In this document: piece by piece, positions 38,575 through 48,124 of the stretch
How the letters are laid out: every line of letters starts with the position of its first letter
Position numbering within the stretch: position 1 is the stretch's first letter
IMG/VR virus record: IMGVR_UViG_3300020048_000012
Direction: 5' to 3' (one strand)
Source: a virus
DNA: 64,000 nucleotides
Position numbers and translations under genes: made by a program
The notes under the pieces: generated by a model
The model's input: the letters and a program-made list of their open reading frames with translations, nothing else
Told to the model about the DNA's origin: nothing
Database searches by the model: none

Positions 38575-39342
38575 TCAATATCCGTTTTCTTCGCAAGCGA
38601 TAATCCACGATTTTACTAAACTACTACGAACAATGTCATCGGGTGTGAAATACACTTCTTGGAATGCTGGCATCGATGTAGCAATCTTTCTAAAGTCGTG
38701 AAATGCACTTTGATCTTTATTACTACGAATCAAATCAGATTGCTTATAATCGCCACAAAAAATAATCTTTGAACGATGACCAACTCGAGTAATAATAGTG
38801 TTAATTTCTTGGAAATTCATATTTTGAATTTCATCGACGATGATAATCGAATCATCGATGGAAATGCCACGAATCGCAGTAGTAGAAATGAAACGAGCAT
38901 GGCCTTGTTCTTTTAATCGTTCCCACGAATCAGAACGACCAAACAATGTAGTGCACACTTCCTTATATGGTAACTCATAAATTTCCTGTTTCTCTTCAAG
39001 AGACCCAGGAAGATGTCCAATTTCGCGCAATTGGACCATACTGCGAACTACTACGATATTTTTAAAGTTATTGTCTTTCGATAATACTTCTTCGATCGCC
39101 TTATACATTGCAAGGAATGTCTTGCCTACACCTGGACTTCCAAATAATCCCATGAAGTATCCACCACCTCGATACATTTCAAAGAATAGTTCCTGATTTG
39201 GTGTTAGCGCGTTAAATGTTTTTAAATGATCTAGCTTAATTTTTAAAGCATTACTTACAGGTTGATGACGATGTGTATGTCCATCATCTTCGACTAATTC
39301 CAACTTGTGTTGAACTGGAGAGCGTTTATTATTGCTAGCCAT
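38575..39342 (-). CDS. phoH: PhoH-like ATPase
   Basis: GSPGVGKTFLA, IGHLPGSLEEK, IRGISIDDSIIIVDEIQN, GDYKQSDL. Confidence 0.93.
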   Translation of the reverse strand: MASNNKRSPVQHKLELVEDDGHTHRHQPVSNALKIKLDHLKTFNALTPNQELFFEMYRGGGYFMGLFGSPGVGKTFLAMYKAIEEVLSKDNNFKNIVVVRSMVQLREIGHLPGSLEEKQEIYELPYKEVCTTLFGRSDSWERLKEQGHARFISTTAIRGISIDDSIIIVDEIQNMNFQEINTIITRVGHRSKIIFCGDYKQSDLIRSNKDQSAFHDFRKIATSMPAFQEVYFTPDDIVRSSLVKSWIIACEENGY

Positions 39343-39362
39343 GCATTTCCTATTATGTTAAA

Positions 39363-39620
39363 CTAAAGATTAGTAGTTCTATTCATATCACTACCGGCGG
39401 TTCTTTTATGAACTTTATTTAAGACTTCTTTAAATCCTCTTTGATGCTGGTTTAACCCTAGAGCAATCGAGTCGCCATGACGTGGCGCAACAAACGTGCG
39501 CTGTTCAGTTTCAATTGAATCGCAGTTTGGACACTCATGAGCATTGGATCTTTCGGCTATTTTGCATGTCACTTCGAACACAGTGTCGCATTTCATACAT
39601 TGATAATCATATAGTGGCAT
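39363..39620 (-). CDS. FmdB-family zinc-ribbon protein
   Basis: MPLYDYQCMKC...CPNC. Confidence 0.85.
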   Translation of the reverse strand: MPLYDYQCMKCDTVFEVTCKIAERSNAHECPNCDSIETEQRTFVAPRHGDSIALGLNQHQRGFKEVLNKVHKRTAGSDMNRTTNL

Positions 39621-39653
39621 GTTTTTCCTATTTAAGTAGTCTCTTTTTATTTA

Positions 39654-40250
39654 TCACGCAGTTAGGATTGCTCGAGCTAACAATTGCATTCTCATCACGT
39701 CCATTACAATATCATGACGTGGGTCGTGTTTGACAAATTTTGCCTCTAGCGCAGATGGCATGAAGTCATTTTTAATGTTCATTCCATATGACATACCTTC
39801 AATCATAGATCGAGTGTCGCGGATGATACGCCAGTGCATTGGATTTTTTGTACCGCAATTTTCTAGAACAGAGTCAAGGAAGATTGGGTCAAACGTGTTA
39901 CCTCTTGTAAAGGCCTTTTTCAATGTCTTAAAATCGATATTTTCCATAAGAAAAGCATGGAGTGTATCGATCGATTCGTCATTTTCAGATGGAGCGAGTT
40001 GTTTTCGCGCTTCATCACCTTGGGCTAACCACCAATCAATAGTTTCTTTTGATACAGATCGACCATATTTGTTAGCTTGTTCATCGACGTTAAATTTGAT
40101 GTATTTGCAATTGCTGAGGAGTTCGTCGTACGAATATTCATTTTCAGTGAAACGCGATTCGTCATACGATAATAGCGCCAATGAAAGAACGGCGCTTTTA
40201 CGCTGATCTTGGCCAAGAGTTTCAAAGTCATAAATTACACAGTTGTTCAT
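39654..40250 (-). CDS. dexA: DexA-like 3'-5' exonuclease
   Basis: IYDFETLG, ETIDWW, RGNTFDP, RDTRS, HDPRHDIVMD. Confidence 0.8.
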   Translation of the reverse strand: MNNCVIYDFETLGQDQRKSAVLSLALLSYDESRFTENEYSYDELLSNCKYIKFNVDEQANKYGRSVSKETIDWWLAQGDEARKQLAPSENDESIDTLHAFLMENIDFKTLKKAFTRGNTFDPIFLDSVLENCGTKNPMHWRIIRDTRSMIEGMSYGMNIKNDFMPSALEAKFVKHDPRHDIVMDVMRMQLLARAILTA

Positions 40251-40265
40251 AATAAACTTTCTAAA

Positions 40266-40739
40266 TTACATAAGATATACGATAATGCATATCACAAATA
40301 GCGTTATAAGTGCTATTTTATACTTAGTGAATATGCTTTTCTTGGTGTTAGATTGTGCAATAGCGTTTTCTTTGCGATATAACTCTCGAAGTTGATACCT
40401 AAACATATTTGTTCTACGTTGCACAAGAGTTTTTGGCGGTCGTGGCTCAGTTCTAACTACATGCTTACTACGAGTTTTCAAAGACTGTGTAGTTCTTACG
40501 CTGGATTTAATTATTGGCGTTTTTACTTCTTTTTTCTTAGCAAAAAGCTTTATAGTTTTTACATATCTAGCGCCATTGCCAAGATTATAAGTTGTTGTCA
40601 GGCCTTTTTTGCCAAAATTTAATGTTAGATTGTTGCCTATCTTTTGACTTTGCGATATGCCGATACCGCCAGTTCGAGACGCATGGAAATTAGTCCATGA
40701 TTTGGCACCTTTAGTACGTTTGCGTACTATAAATCCCAT
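40266..40739 (-). CDS. Basic protein with C-terminal TM helix (DUF4236-like N-terminus)
   Basis: MGF.VRKR.K...N.S..GGIG.S, C-terminal IALITLFVICIIVYLM. Confidence 0.5.
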   Translation of the reverse strand: MGFIVRKRTKGAKSWTNFHASRTGGIGISQSQKIGNNLTLNFGKKGLTTTYNLGNGARYVKTIKLFAKKKEVKTPIIKSSVRTTQSLKTRSKHVVRTEPRPPKTLVQRRTNMFRYQLRELYRKENAIAQSNTKKSIFTKYKIALITLFVICIIVYLM

Positions 40740-40740
40740 T

Positions 40741-41238
40741 TCATTCTCCGCCGTAATATTCTAGATTCAAGTCCAGCAATTGCTTCACAGTTTCTTCAAT
40801 ATCTTTATGAAGAATTGCAGTGCCTCCGGCGACACGATAGCGCTCAACCACGTGAGGCGTGTCATCAATGAGAATATGCCACGGTTGTGCAAACTTTGCT
40901 TTATGACCACCACCGGGCACAATATTTACGGGAAAGTCAATGTCATGAGACTTTAGCCATGCAGTCTTTTGTTCTACTACTAAGTCATGCGAATACCCGC
41001 CACCAGAAGATGAAAGGATCTCGATTGGAACTCGAAGTTGGCGCACTACGTGCAAAAGAGCATCTGCGTCTTTATGCTTTTCAAGTGTTTCAAAGTCGCG
41101 ATCATCTACAAAGGTTTTCCAGTTATTCCAGAAATGTTTAGTACGACCTTCAATTTCAGTGGGAAATTCGCCGAATTTTTCGACGTATCGTTTATTAAAA
41201 TCGGCAAGAACGCCATCCATATCTAAAAAAATCTTCAT
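40741..41238 (-). CDS. HAD-family 5'(3')-deoxyribonucleotidase
   Basis: IFLDMDGVLADF, ILSS, KTAWL, ILIDDT. Confidence 0.88.
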   Translation of the reverse strand: MKIFLDMDGVLADFNKRYVEKFGEFPTEIEGRTKHFWNNWKTFVDDRDFETLEKHKDADALLHVVRQLRVPIEILSSSGGGYSHDLVVEQKTAWLKSHDIDFPVNIVPGGGHKAKFAQPWHILIDDTPHVVERYRVAGGTAILHKDIEETVKQLLDLNLEYYGGE

Positions 41239-41262
41239 TTACTTGCTCCATTACTGGATTTA

Positions 41263-41291
41263 ATTATATCACATAATCTAATTAATGTACA
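41263..41291 (-). promoter_or_regulatory. Early promoter TGTACA-17-TATAAT
   Basis: Exact family match. Confidence 0.85.
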
Positions 41292-41357
41292 CCGTTATTT
41301 TTTATAGTCACGGGATGTCATGAATGTTTCAATGAGTATATCTATTAACTCATGCCA

Positions 41358-41376
41358 TGAACAATGACGTACGTCA
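41358..41376. promoter_or_regulatory. Repeated motif TGAACAA-TGACGTACGTCA (12-bp palindrome), copy 1
   Basis: Also at 48781-48799 and 62598-62615, each 66-74 nt upstream of an early promoter. Confidence 0.7.
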
Positions 41377-42126
41377 ATCCCAAAGCGTTTGAAAATACGT
41401 TCCAAATAAACGCAGTCCATTACTAATACGAGCTTGATGTTTTGCCATTGCCGCATAATCGCATTTGTATGTGTCTTTTGATCCATGCTCTATAGAGTAA
41501 GTCATTGGGTCGCCATTTTCGTCTAATTTATCAGAAGGAACCCAAACAATGTCATGCTCGCCAGACCGATATTGTCGTTCCCAATCATAGTCTGGTTGAA
41601 GCTGCTTGAACGCCCAAATCATTTCATTGAGCACCCATTCGTATTGAGTATGCACATCGACTTTCAGTTTGTCTTCATCGGCAGTCTCATGGTAGAATTC
41701 AAAACATTTCTGACTATCATGATCTTCAGTCTCTGTGAATTGTAGATGAGGAGGAAGATCTTTATGATCAATAAAACCAGAACCATGCTTAGTATCTCTC
41801 AATTGTCTTAGCAATGGGAGAATAATTGGCGACAATGTAGAATCTAAATTCCAAGAATCCCAAGGATCGAGTTTTACAACAATCTTTTGCTTATTCTTTG
41901 AAGAGATCCATTCGCACACTTTGTATAACGTAGTCTTTGGGCGATCGTCATGCGAAAACAATCCATTTGCTTTCTCTCCCTTTGCAAATCCATGCGCTAG
42001 AAACTCGCCAAATTTATGAACTCGACGATCCTCATATTTGTCTAGCCAAAACAAAAGCTTTTCAGCTATTTGATACGGTCCGATCCATGTTGGATATTTA
42101 CCTATTCTTACATACATTTTTGACAA
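41374..42126 (-). CDS. Conserved hypothetical phage protein
   Basis: 250 aa; WIGPYQIAEKLLFW, RISNGLRLFGTYFQTLWD. Confidence 0.8.
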   Translation of the reverse strand: MSKMYVRIGKYPTWIGPYQIAEKLLFWLDKYEDRRVHKFGEFLAHGFAKGEKANGLFSHDDRPKTTLYKVCEWISSKNKQKIVVKLDPWDSWNLDSTLSPIILPLLRQLRDTKHGSGFIDHKDLPPHLQFTETEDHDSQKCFEFYHETADEDKLKVDVHTQYEWVLNEMIWAFKQLQPDYDWERQYRSGEHDIVWVPSDKLDENGDPMTYSIEHGSKDTYKCDYAAMAKHQARISNGLRLFGTYFQTLWD

Positions 42127-42277
42127 CCTCTGTAATTTCTTTTAGCCATGCTGTCGCCTCGTCTGCGCTATCAAACATAGGACTAGAGTGAACGTTCATG
42201 CCATCGATGACTTCTGTCCAAAAGTATAGATAATCATCATTTTGGACGTCGCGATATCTAACTAATTCGAGCTTCAT
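42098..42277 (-). CDS. Hypothetical protein
   Basis: Likely start MKLELVRY at 42277. Confidence 0.5.
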   Translation of the reverse strand: MKLELVRYRDVQNDDYLYFWTEVIDGMNVHSSPMFDSADEATAWLKEITEVVKNVCKNR

Positions 42278-42911
42278 ATTGACTAAGTGGCATTGACACA
42301 ATGCGGTTTTGTTTTGGTTTATGTTCCATATAACACGTATCACCATACAATTTGTTTATGCCTAAAGCAAACCAATCTGGCATAGCACGATTTGTCCAAC
42401 GAGACATTTTGACTTTTTCGCCAAGGTAATATGCGCGATACGAATTCATCGTATAATTTGGTTCATTTCTAAGAGCTTTATATTGATCGGGCATAGCACG
42501 CCATGGACTAGAAAATTGATATTCTGTCGAAATATTGTTTGGAGTACGAGCAAGATGCGCCAATAATCTTTCGCATGCATGACGTTTGCCATATCGATGA
42601 GAATATTCATCTAGTAGATTAGTCCACATCGTAAACAACCAATGATAATTAGATGAACAGTGACGAGCCCACTTGGCAGAAGGATGATTCACGTGAGTAG
42701 CCTTATATAGGATTGGTTCACGATCATCGGGAAGCACATATAACTTTTGCTTACGCCCTGACTTAGAAAGCCCAATTGATTCAACGCCATCGATAATGCG
42801 ATGAGCAGAGGAAAGCAATTGGGCATATTCAACAATCATTTTGACAACATGCTTGTCATTATGCATTTTGGCGCATAGCGCTGGATCAGAATCGATATAA
42901 AAGATATTCAT
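42258..42911 (-). CDS. Pyrimidine-dimer DNA glycosylase-like protein
   Basis: MNIFYID.DP..CAKMH.DKHVVKMIVEYAQLLSSAH, YKATHVNHPS.KW, EYSHRYGKRH. Confidence 0.75.
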   Translation of the reverse strand: MNIFYIDSDPALCAKMHNDKHVVKMIVEYAQLLSSAHRIIDGVESIGLSKSGRKQKLYVLPDDREPILYKATHVNHPSAKWARHCSSNYHWLFTMWTNLLDEYSHRYGKRHACERLLAHLARTPNNISTEYQFSSPWRAMPDQYKALRNEPNYTMNSYRAYYLGEKVKMSRWTNRAMPDWFALGINKLYGDTCYMEHKPKQNRIVSMPLSQYEARIS

Positions 42912-42916
42912 AATTT

Positions 42917-42945
42917 ATTATATCAAATTGACGAATTAAAGTACA
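42917..42945 (-). promoter_or_regulatory. Early promoter TGTACT-17-TATAAT
   Basis: Family match. Confidence 0.8.
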
Positions 42946-43004
42946 CAAAATGATGCATATGGCCATCCTAACGTATAAATATTTATTTTAAATAGCATGT
43001 TAAA

Positions 43005-43685
43005 ATGTCACCAATATACTTATACATAAAAACTCACAATATCACTGGATTGAAATATTTTGGCAAAACAATTGCAAAAGATCCATATGCATACAAAGGA
43101 TCTGGAACTCATTGGGTTGCACATATTAGAAAACATGGATATGATGTCACGACGACAATTTATGGAACTTATTACGATAAATTGGAATGTCAAATTGCTG
43201 CTATGGCTTTCAGCGAAGAAAATAACATAGTAGAATCTAACGAATGGGCTAATCTTAGAATTGAAAATCTAGATGGTGGCGACACTAGTCATACAGATGG
43301 TTATAAAAAATCTTTACACAAAATAGGCGAGGCCGCTAGAAAACACAAATGGTGGAATGATGGGGTGACACAGGCGTTTTCAGAAATGCCTCCAAGCGAA
43401 AATCATGTACGTGGTAGATTACATTTCAATAATTCTGGAGCAAAGTTGGGAGGTGCTGCACAAAAAGGGAAAATATGGGTTAATAATTCTATCGAGGAAT
43501 GCATGGTTTATACAGACGCAATCCCAAATGGATTTACTAAGGGTCGGTTAAAATCTAAATTAAAATCATTAACGCCAAGGCATTTTAATAAAGGAACTAA
43601 ATGGTGGAATAACGGAGAAATAGAATTAATGACTAATTCTCCATTAGAGTCGTTTGTTCCCGGTCGTTTAAAACGAATCAAATGA
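43005..43685 (+). mobile_element. Free-standing GIY-YIG-like homing endonuclease, opposite orientation
   Basis: IYLYIKTHNITGLKYFGKT..KDP..YKGSG.HW; KWWNDG/IWVNN/KWWNNG repeats; TATAAATA at 42974-42981. Confidence 0.8.
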
Positions 43686-44577
43686 TGCTATGATTATAAT
43701 TATTTGAAACCAATTCATTAGTTGGCATATCATCTAAGTCTATCACCAGACATTTGAAATTCGCATAATCTGGTCGCTCATTTGGATATCCGCGTGGATT
43801 GCACGCGACTAATGTATCACCCATATAATACCAATGTTGATGATGCACGTGCCCGCATGTCCATAATTTGATCTGAGGTCGATCAAGGATGAATTCGCTT
43901 AAATCAGAATAGTACGCCCCATTCATTAAATACTCGTTTTTGTAATCTTCACTGATACTCAATACGCTTGGTGCATGGTGCCCAACGATCACAAACTTTT
44001 CATCATGTTTTTCAGACACAACTTGTTTGATATAGCCCAGACTCTTACGATGACGATGAACTGCGTGAGCTGCGCGAAGTTTAGTATAACCATGCTCGTC
44101 ATTGCGAATAATACGAAAGTCATTCATCATGTCGCCGACTGCATGCAGCGTCAACGGGTCGACCTTATTCATATCAGTCCAGAGCGTAGCTCCAACAAAC
44201 GTAACGTCATCTAACTTAAAGATTTCATCTTCAAGAAAATGAATGTTGTCATGACGAGCATATAATTCGCGTAGAATAGACAATGACTTAACCCACTTAC
44301 CATTATAGAATTCATGGTTGCCCGCGATAACGATCACGTGTGGAAATTCTGAACTAATTTGTTTCAAAAAGTCCATGTACTTAATCGCATTACGAGTGCG
44401 ATGCGACATCTTCTCCACTGCGCCTGATGCATACGGATTGAAGTCGGGAATCTCACGATCAAAATCATCGGCAATAAGAATATCGCCCGACAAAACCAGA
44501 ACGTCAGCCTCTTCAGTATTTTTAAGTTCTATCATCCCAAATTCAAGATGTAGGTCACTGCACACTGCGATTTTCAT
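43678..44577 (-). CDS. Calcineurin-like metallophosphoesterase
   Basis: SDLHLEF, LSGDI, IAGNHEFY, VGHHAP, GHVH, CNPRGY. Confidence 0.92.
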   Translation of the reverse strand: MKIAVCSDLHLEFGMIELKNTEEADVLVLSGDILIADDFDREIPDFNPYASGAVEKMSHRTRNAIKYMDFLKQISSEFPHVIVIAGNHEFYNGKWVKSLSILRELYARHDNIHFLEDEIFKLDDVTFVGATLWTDMNKVDPLTLHAVGDMMNDFRIIRNDEHGYTKLRAAHAVHRHRKSLGYIKQVVSEKHDEKFVIVGHHAPSVLSISEDYKNEYLMNGAYYSDLSEFILDRPQIKLWTCGHVHHQHWYYMGDTLVACNPRGYPNERPDYANFKCLVIDLDDMPTNELVSNNYNHSII

Positions 44578-44771
44578 TTATAATAGCCTGTAAAATTTTC
44601 TTCTATTTCAACGACGATTGCGTCGTGTGTCTTTACGATATTGGAATATCCTGCAGGTTCGCGCGACATATATTCATCTGTGTACTCTCTCAGATATGGC
44701 ACGATATGTCCAACATGATTTCTATACCACATCAGACAATCTCGACAATCTATAATCTTAAGCGCTTTCAT
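44574..44771 (-). CDS. Hypothetical protein
   Basis: 65 aa, overlapping neighbours. Confidence 0.6.
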   Translation of the reverse strand: MKALKIIDCRDCLMWYRNHVGHIVPYLREYTDEYMSREPAGYSNIVKTHDAIVVEIEENFTGYYK

Positions 44772-45058
44772 TAAATGCTTTTCATAGTCAAATAAAACTT
44801 GCCAACATTGCCAGTGAGAGTAAGAAACTTTGCAAACGCTATACTTATTGATTCATCAAATCTGTACTTTTCTGGTAGATCTACAAACCCAAAATCTGGT
44901 GTTGCAAATAAGCCAATACCTACGACACAATTTTCGTTTTTAGTATTCTGATTAGGCCAAAAAATTTCTAGACCAGTTTCTTCAATTTCTTCTGGCGACA
45001 TGCCTAACTCAGTAAATGGCATGCCGATAACCAGCCAAGCTGAATAATTTGTACTCAT
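44771..45058 (-). CDS. Hypothetical protein
   Basis: Likely start MSTNYSAW (ATGA overlap). Confidence 0.55.
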   Translation of the reverse strand: MSTNYSAWLVIGMPFTELGMSPEEIEETGLEIFWPNQNTKNENCVVGIGLFATPDFGFVDLPEKYRFDESISIAFAKFLTLTGNVGKFYLTMKSI

Positions 45059-45297
45059 TTTCCAAGACCCATCATAATTTTTAATCTCCAAGCAGTAAAT
45101 GAAATAATCTTCAAACCATCTACTCTTTCCGTTGTATGAATTGCAAACAACAGAGTCTGCAATTTATCATCCACGATTTGAGACCAACAATCTTCGGCCC
45201 AAATCCATTCACCCATAAATCTACCAAATTCAAATGTGTGACGTGGATTTGCACATGACTTTAAGTTAAAGTGTACTCTAAGTTCATCTTTTGTCAT
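45055..45297 (-). CDS. Hypothetical protein
   Basis: 80 aa with GAAGG RBS. Confidence 0.55.
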   Translation of the reverse strand: MTKDELRVHFNLKSCANPRHTFEFGRFMGEWIWAEDCWSQIVDDKLQTLLFAIHTTERVDGLKIISFTAWRLKIMMGLGK

Positions 45298-45346
45298 TTT
45301 TCGCCTTCAAGAGACTGGCGCGCCAATGACCATCCGTGCTGCATAA

Positions 45347-45538
45347 TTAATCCTTTGCAATGTATTCCATGCGAACATCATACTTTTTATCTTCTTTTTC
45401 GACAACATCATACGCCACAATTAGAAAGCCATACTTTTTCATTTTGTAAGACTTTACCAATTGTAGCATTTGTGAATGATTCAAATCACTATAATCTCTT
45501 ACAGTGATATGTGGCTTAAGAAGAATTGGAATCTTCAT
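45347..45538 (-). CDS. Hypothetical protein
   Basis: 63 aa overlapping the ligase stop. Confidence 0.5.
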   Translation of the reverse strand: MKIPILLKPHITVRDYSDLNHSQMLQLVKSYKMKKYGFLIVAYDVVEKEDKKYDVRMEYIAKD

Positions 45539-46590
45539 TTTTCACCTTCAAGATAAAGATTAGAAACACACTTGAAAGAAATTCTTTTACCAGAATTGGC
45601 TTTGTATACAATACCTTCGCGTAGGCAGCCCACTTGTCCAAGAACAGATTGTCCATCTGCGTGGGCAAGAAGTTTATTAGCAGAGATGCCAGCCAAAACT
45701 CTTTCTTTATTGTACACAGGAGCATCGGTTAACTCAAGAAGTGCTGTCAATTCTCTACGATCAACTGGGGCATAATATTCAAACTTATCGATGTTAAACA
45801 CATCAAATACAAAGAACATGTGCTTTGTCAAATTGTAAATGTTGCCTTGGATGCCTGGGCCACACAGTTCACCTTGAATAGCGACATTTTTTCCAAGATA
45901 TGTCAACTTGGTTTTCAGATCAAGTTCAAGCGCCATCTTCCAGAATGTATTATCTTCAGATTCCTTCAGATCAAGATTCCGAGAACAAACGCCAAAGTCT
46001 CCATCACGGAAGTACACCGTCATAGAAGAACCTTCGCACTTTTCAGTTTCTTCCCAAGTTTCAGTATCGAAGTACTTTGCAACATCATCGTAGCAATTCT
46101 GTACACGTTCCTGATCAGTCTTGATGATGAAAGACGGAAAAGATCCGCGGGCATCAGCAGAAGTAAACTCCGGTGGTGCTTCCCACTTTACAATACCAAG
46201 AACTTCTGAAACATCATCTCCAACTTTATAATCTGGCATCAAATCTGCTGGTTCATCATACCCAGAGCCACAACCAAAAATAGACATCGGCAGAATCAAT
46301 CCTTGAGACAGAGCCTTACGAAGACGAATGGTACGAAGCTTTTCACCTTCGACACCGTTATACACCTTTGGAAAATGTCCAGCCTTAGTCAGGAATGGAG
46401 CAATCGTAGACGGGATGAAGGAATCAACTTCACAGAAGATGACTCGGTCACCGACTTGGTACTTACCGACTTGATCAACTACTCTCCACCCATTGATGCC
46501 ATACTGACAAATTTTGTCGGCACCTTCAATTGGGTGAACGCCATTTACTTCTTGAATAGAAGCCATTTTTCTCACATAAACATCATTCAT
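45535..46590 (-). CDS. RNA ligase, DRB0094 family
   Basis: RKMASIQ...HPIEGADKI, SQGLILP, FPSFIIKTDQERVQN, TEKCEGSS, IQGELCGPGIQGN, REGIVYK, SFKCVSN.YL. Confidence 0.92.
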   Translation of the reverse strand: MNDVYVRKMASIQEVNGVHPIEGADKICQYGINGWRVVDQVGKYQVGDRVIFCEVDSFIPSTIAPFLTKAGHFPKVYNGVEGEKLRTIRLRKALSQGLILPMSIFGCGSGYDEPADLMPDYKVGDDVSEVLGIVKWEAPPEFTSADARGSFPSFIIKTDQERVQNCYDDVAKYFDTETWEETEKCEGSSMTVYFRDGDFGVCSRNLDLKESEDNTFWKMALELDLKTKLTYLGKNVAIQGELCGPGIQGNIYNLTKHMFFVFDVFNIDKFEYYAPVDRRELTALLELTDAPVYNKERVLAGISANKLLAHADGQSVLGQVGCLREGIVYKANSGKRISFKCVSNLYLEGEK

Positions 46591-46786
46591 TTTCATCTCC
46601 TGCCATTTTATCTAATTTTAAAGACAATTCATAATCATATTCTGATCCATACCGACACTCTTGTTCGCGTGTCCAATTTCTTCGATCAGTGCAACTATGT
46701 TCTGTAAATCGTTCATATTGATTCATACACGATTCGCGAAGAGCTTCGGCGGCTTTTCTTAATATATCTATTTGATCTTCAGTCAT
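46583..46786 (-). CDS. Hypothetical protein, paralogue A
   Basis: MTEDQIDILRKAAEALRESC...QECRYGSEYDYELSLKLDKMA; paralogue at 47897-48115. Confidence 0.7.
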   Translation of the reverse strand: MTEDQIDILRKAAEALRESCMNQYERFTEHSCTDRRNWTREQECRYGSEYDYELSLKLDKMAGDENE

Positions 46787-46917
46787 TCTATCATCCAATA
46801 TTTTGCAAATTTCTTTGTTGGAAAATATTCACAATCGCCGACTTGGTGCCCTTTATGATCCAAGATCAAACCGACCCATACTCTGAATTGGCGATCATAA
46901 TAAATTTCTTTTGACAT
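46783..46917 (-). CDS. Small hypothetical protein (44 aa; not in ORF track)
   Basis: MSKEIYYDRQFRVWVGLILDHKGHQVGDCEYFPTKKFAKYWMIE directly after an early promoter; stop overlaps next ATG. Confidence 0.6.
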   Translation of the reverse strand: MSKEIYYDRQFRVWVGLILDHKGHQVGDCEYFPTKKFAKYWMIE

Positions 46918-46923
46918 AATTGT

Positions 46924-46952
46924 ATTATATCACAAAAAAGAATATTTGTACA
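46924..46952 (-). promoter_or_regulatory. Early promoter TGTACA-17-TATAAT
   Basis: Exact family match. Confidence 0.85.
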
Positions 46953-47504
46953 CTATTTTGCGACGATCAAGTTCTTGTTAGCTTTCCAGACACACGGGTT
47001 CTTAATTACACCATTTTCAATTGTTCCGTGCTGAATAATTTCAAACAGTGAAGCCACAGTCACTTCAAATTGAATTCCACGAGGATCGAGCACTTTGAAC
47101 AGCTTGTTACCGCGGTAACGATTGACTGTATCTACAATCATAAATCCAGTCAGTGGTTCATTTTCCCAGATTCGTGGTGCATACTCTAGCTCAATCAGTT
47201 CATCAAAATCAATTCTTACTGCCGGAGTGCCCAACCTATATGCATACTGATAACCTTTGCGCCGCCATTCGCCAGTATCCGTTTGATAAGCGCAATTATG
47301 GTAACCATATCCATTGGCATACGCCCAACCATGCTGAGTTTCTTTCCTCTTGGTGTTGGCTTTTAATTGTGGTTCGTGGGGATGGAGAAACCCAAAATTA
47401 CTTACCGTTTCAGTAAAAGTATCAAAATCTGGTGTCAGATATTCGCGTTCTACAACTTTTTTCGAAACCACATACAACTGCTTGGGGATTTTTTGGTTAC
47501 TCAT
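46953..47504 (-). CDS. Conserved hypothetical phage protein
   Basis: 183 aa; NEPLTGF, VLDPRG.QFEVTV..L..II....IENG.I..PCVW. Confidence 0.75.
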   Translation of the reverse strand: MSNQKIPKQLYVVSKKVVEREYLTPDFDTFTETVSNFGFLHPHEPQLKANTKRKETQHGWAYANGYGYHNCAYQTDTGEWRRKGYQYAYRLGTPAVRIDFDELIELEYAPRIWENEPLTGFMIVDTVNRYRGNKLFKVLDPRGIQFEVTVASLFEIIQHGTIENGVIKNPCVWKANKNLIVAK

Positions 47505-47740
47505 TATTCAATATCATTCATAGTTGTTAAGCACAATCCGTTCTGTTTTACCCATTCCCGTAGAAAAGATTCATCTGGAAATGTTAATTCAGTAACCTGT
47601 AATCCATCACCTGAGGCGTAACATTCATCACCATCATCGGCCATTTCTTCCATTTTATCCAATACTGCTTGATCAAGTACCCAATGTACACCATTTGAAC
47701 CATCACCGGAATTAGTGATGATCATATAAATTTTACTCAT
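47504..47740 (-). CDS. Hypothetical protein
   Basis: 78 aa; NSGDGSNG motif. Confidence 0.6.
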   Translation of the reverse strand: MSKIYMIITNSGDGSNGVHWVLDQAVLDKMEEMADDGDECYASGDGLQVTELTFPDESFLREWVKQNGLCLTTMNDIE

Positions 47741-47919
47741 TTTGTTTCCGTTTCCTTCAGTTGTTTTTCAATTTCAAATTTTTCTAACTCTCTTTCGGGA
47801 GTAGTAGTTCGTTCATAAGTATCAAGCCTACGAAGATATTCTAAACGATCCTTCAACGATATCATTGATTGCAGTATGGGCGAAATCGTTGAAGGATTAG
47901 CTGGTAGAATCGGAATCAT
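47737..47919 (-). CDS. Hypothetical protein (start uncertain, maybe 47865)
   Basis: Fills gap between co-oriented genes. Confidence 0.4.
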   Translation of the reverse strand: MIPILPANPSTISPILQSMISLKDRLEYLRRLDTYERTTTPERELEKFEIEKQLKETETK

Positions 47920-48115
47920 TATAATCCTCTGCCATTTTATCTAATTTTAAAGACAATTCATAATCTTCTTCTGACCCATAGCGACACTCCTGTTCATGTG
48001 TCCAATCCCTTCGGTCAATACAACTATTTCGTGTGTATATATCGAACCGGAACATACAAGACTCGCGCAAAGCAGAGGCTGCTTTTCGTATCAAATCTTT
48101 TTGATCTTCAGTCAT
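47897..48115 (-). CDS. Hypothetical protein, paralogue B
   Basis: MTEDQKDLIRKAASALRESC...QECRYGSEEDYELSLKLDKMA. Confidence 0.7.
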   Translation of the reverse strand: MTEDQKDLIRKAASALRESCMFRFDIYTRNSCIDRRDWTHEQECRYGSEEDYELSLKLDKMAEDYNDSDSTS

Positions 48116-48124
48116 TTTGATTCC

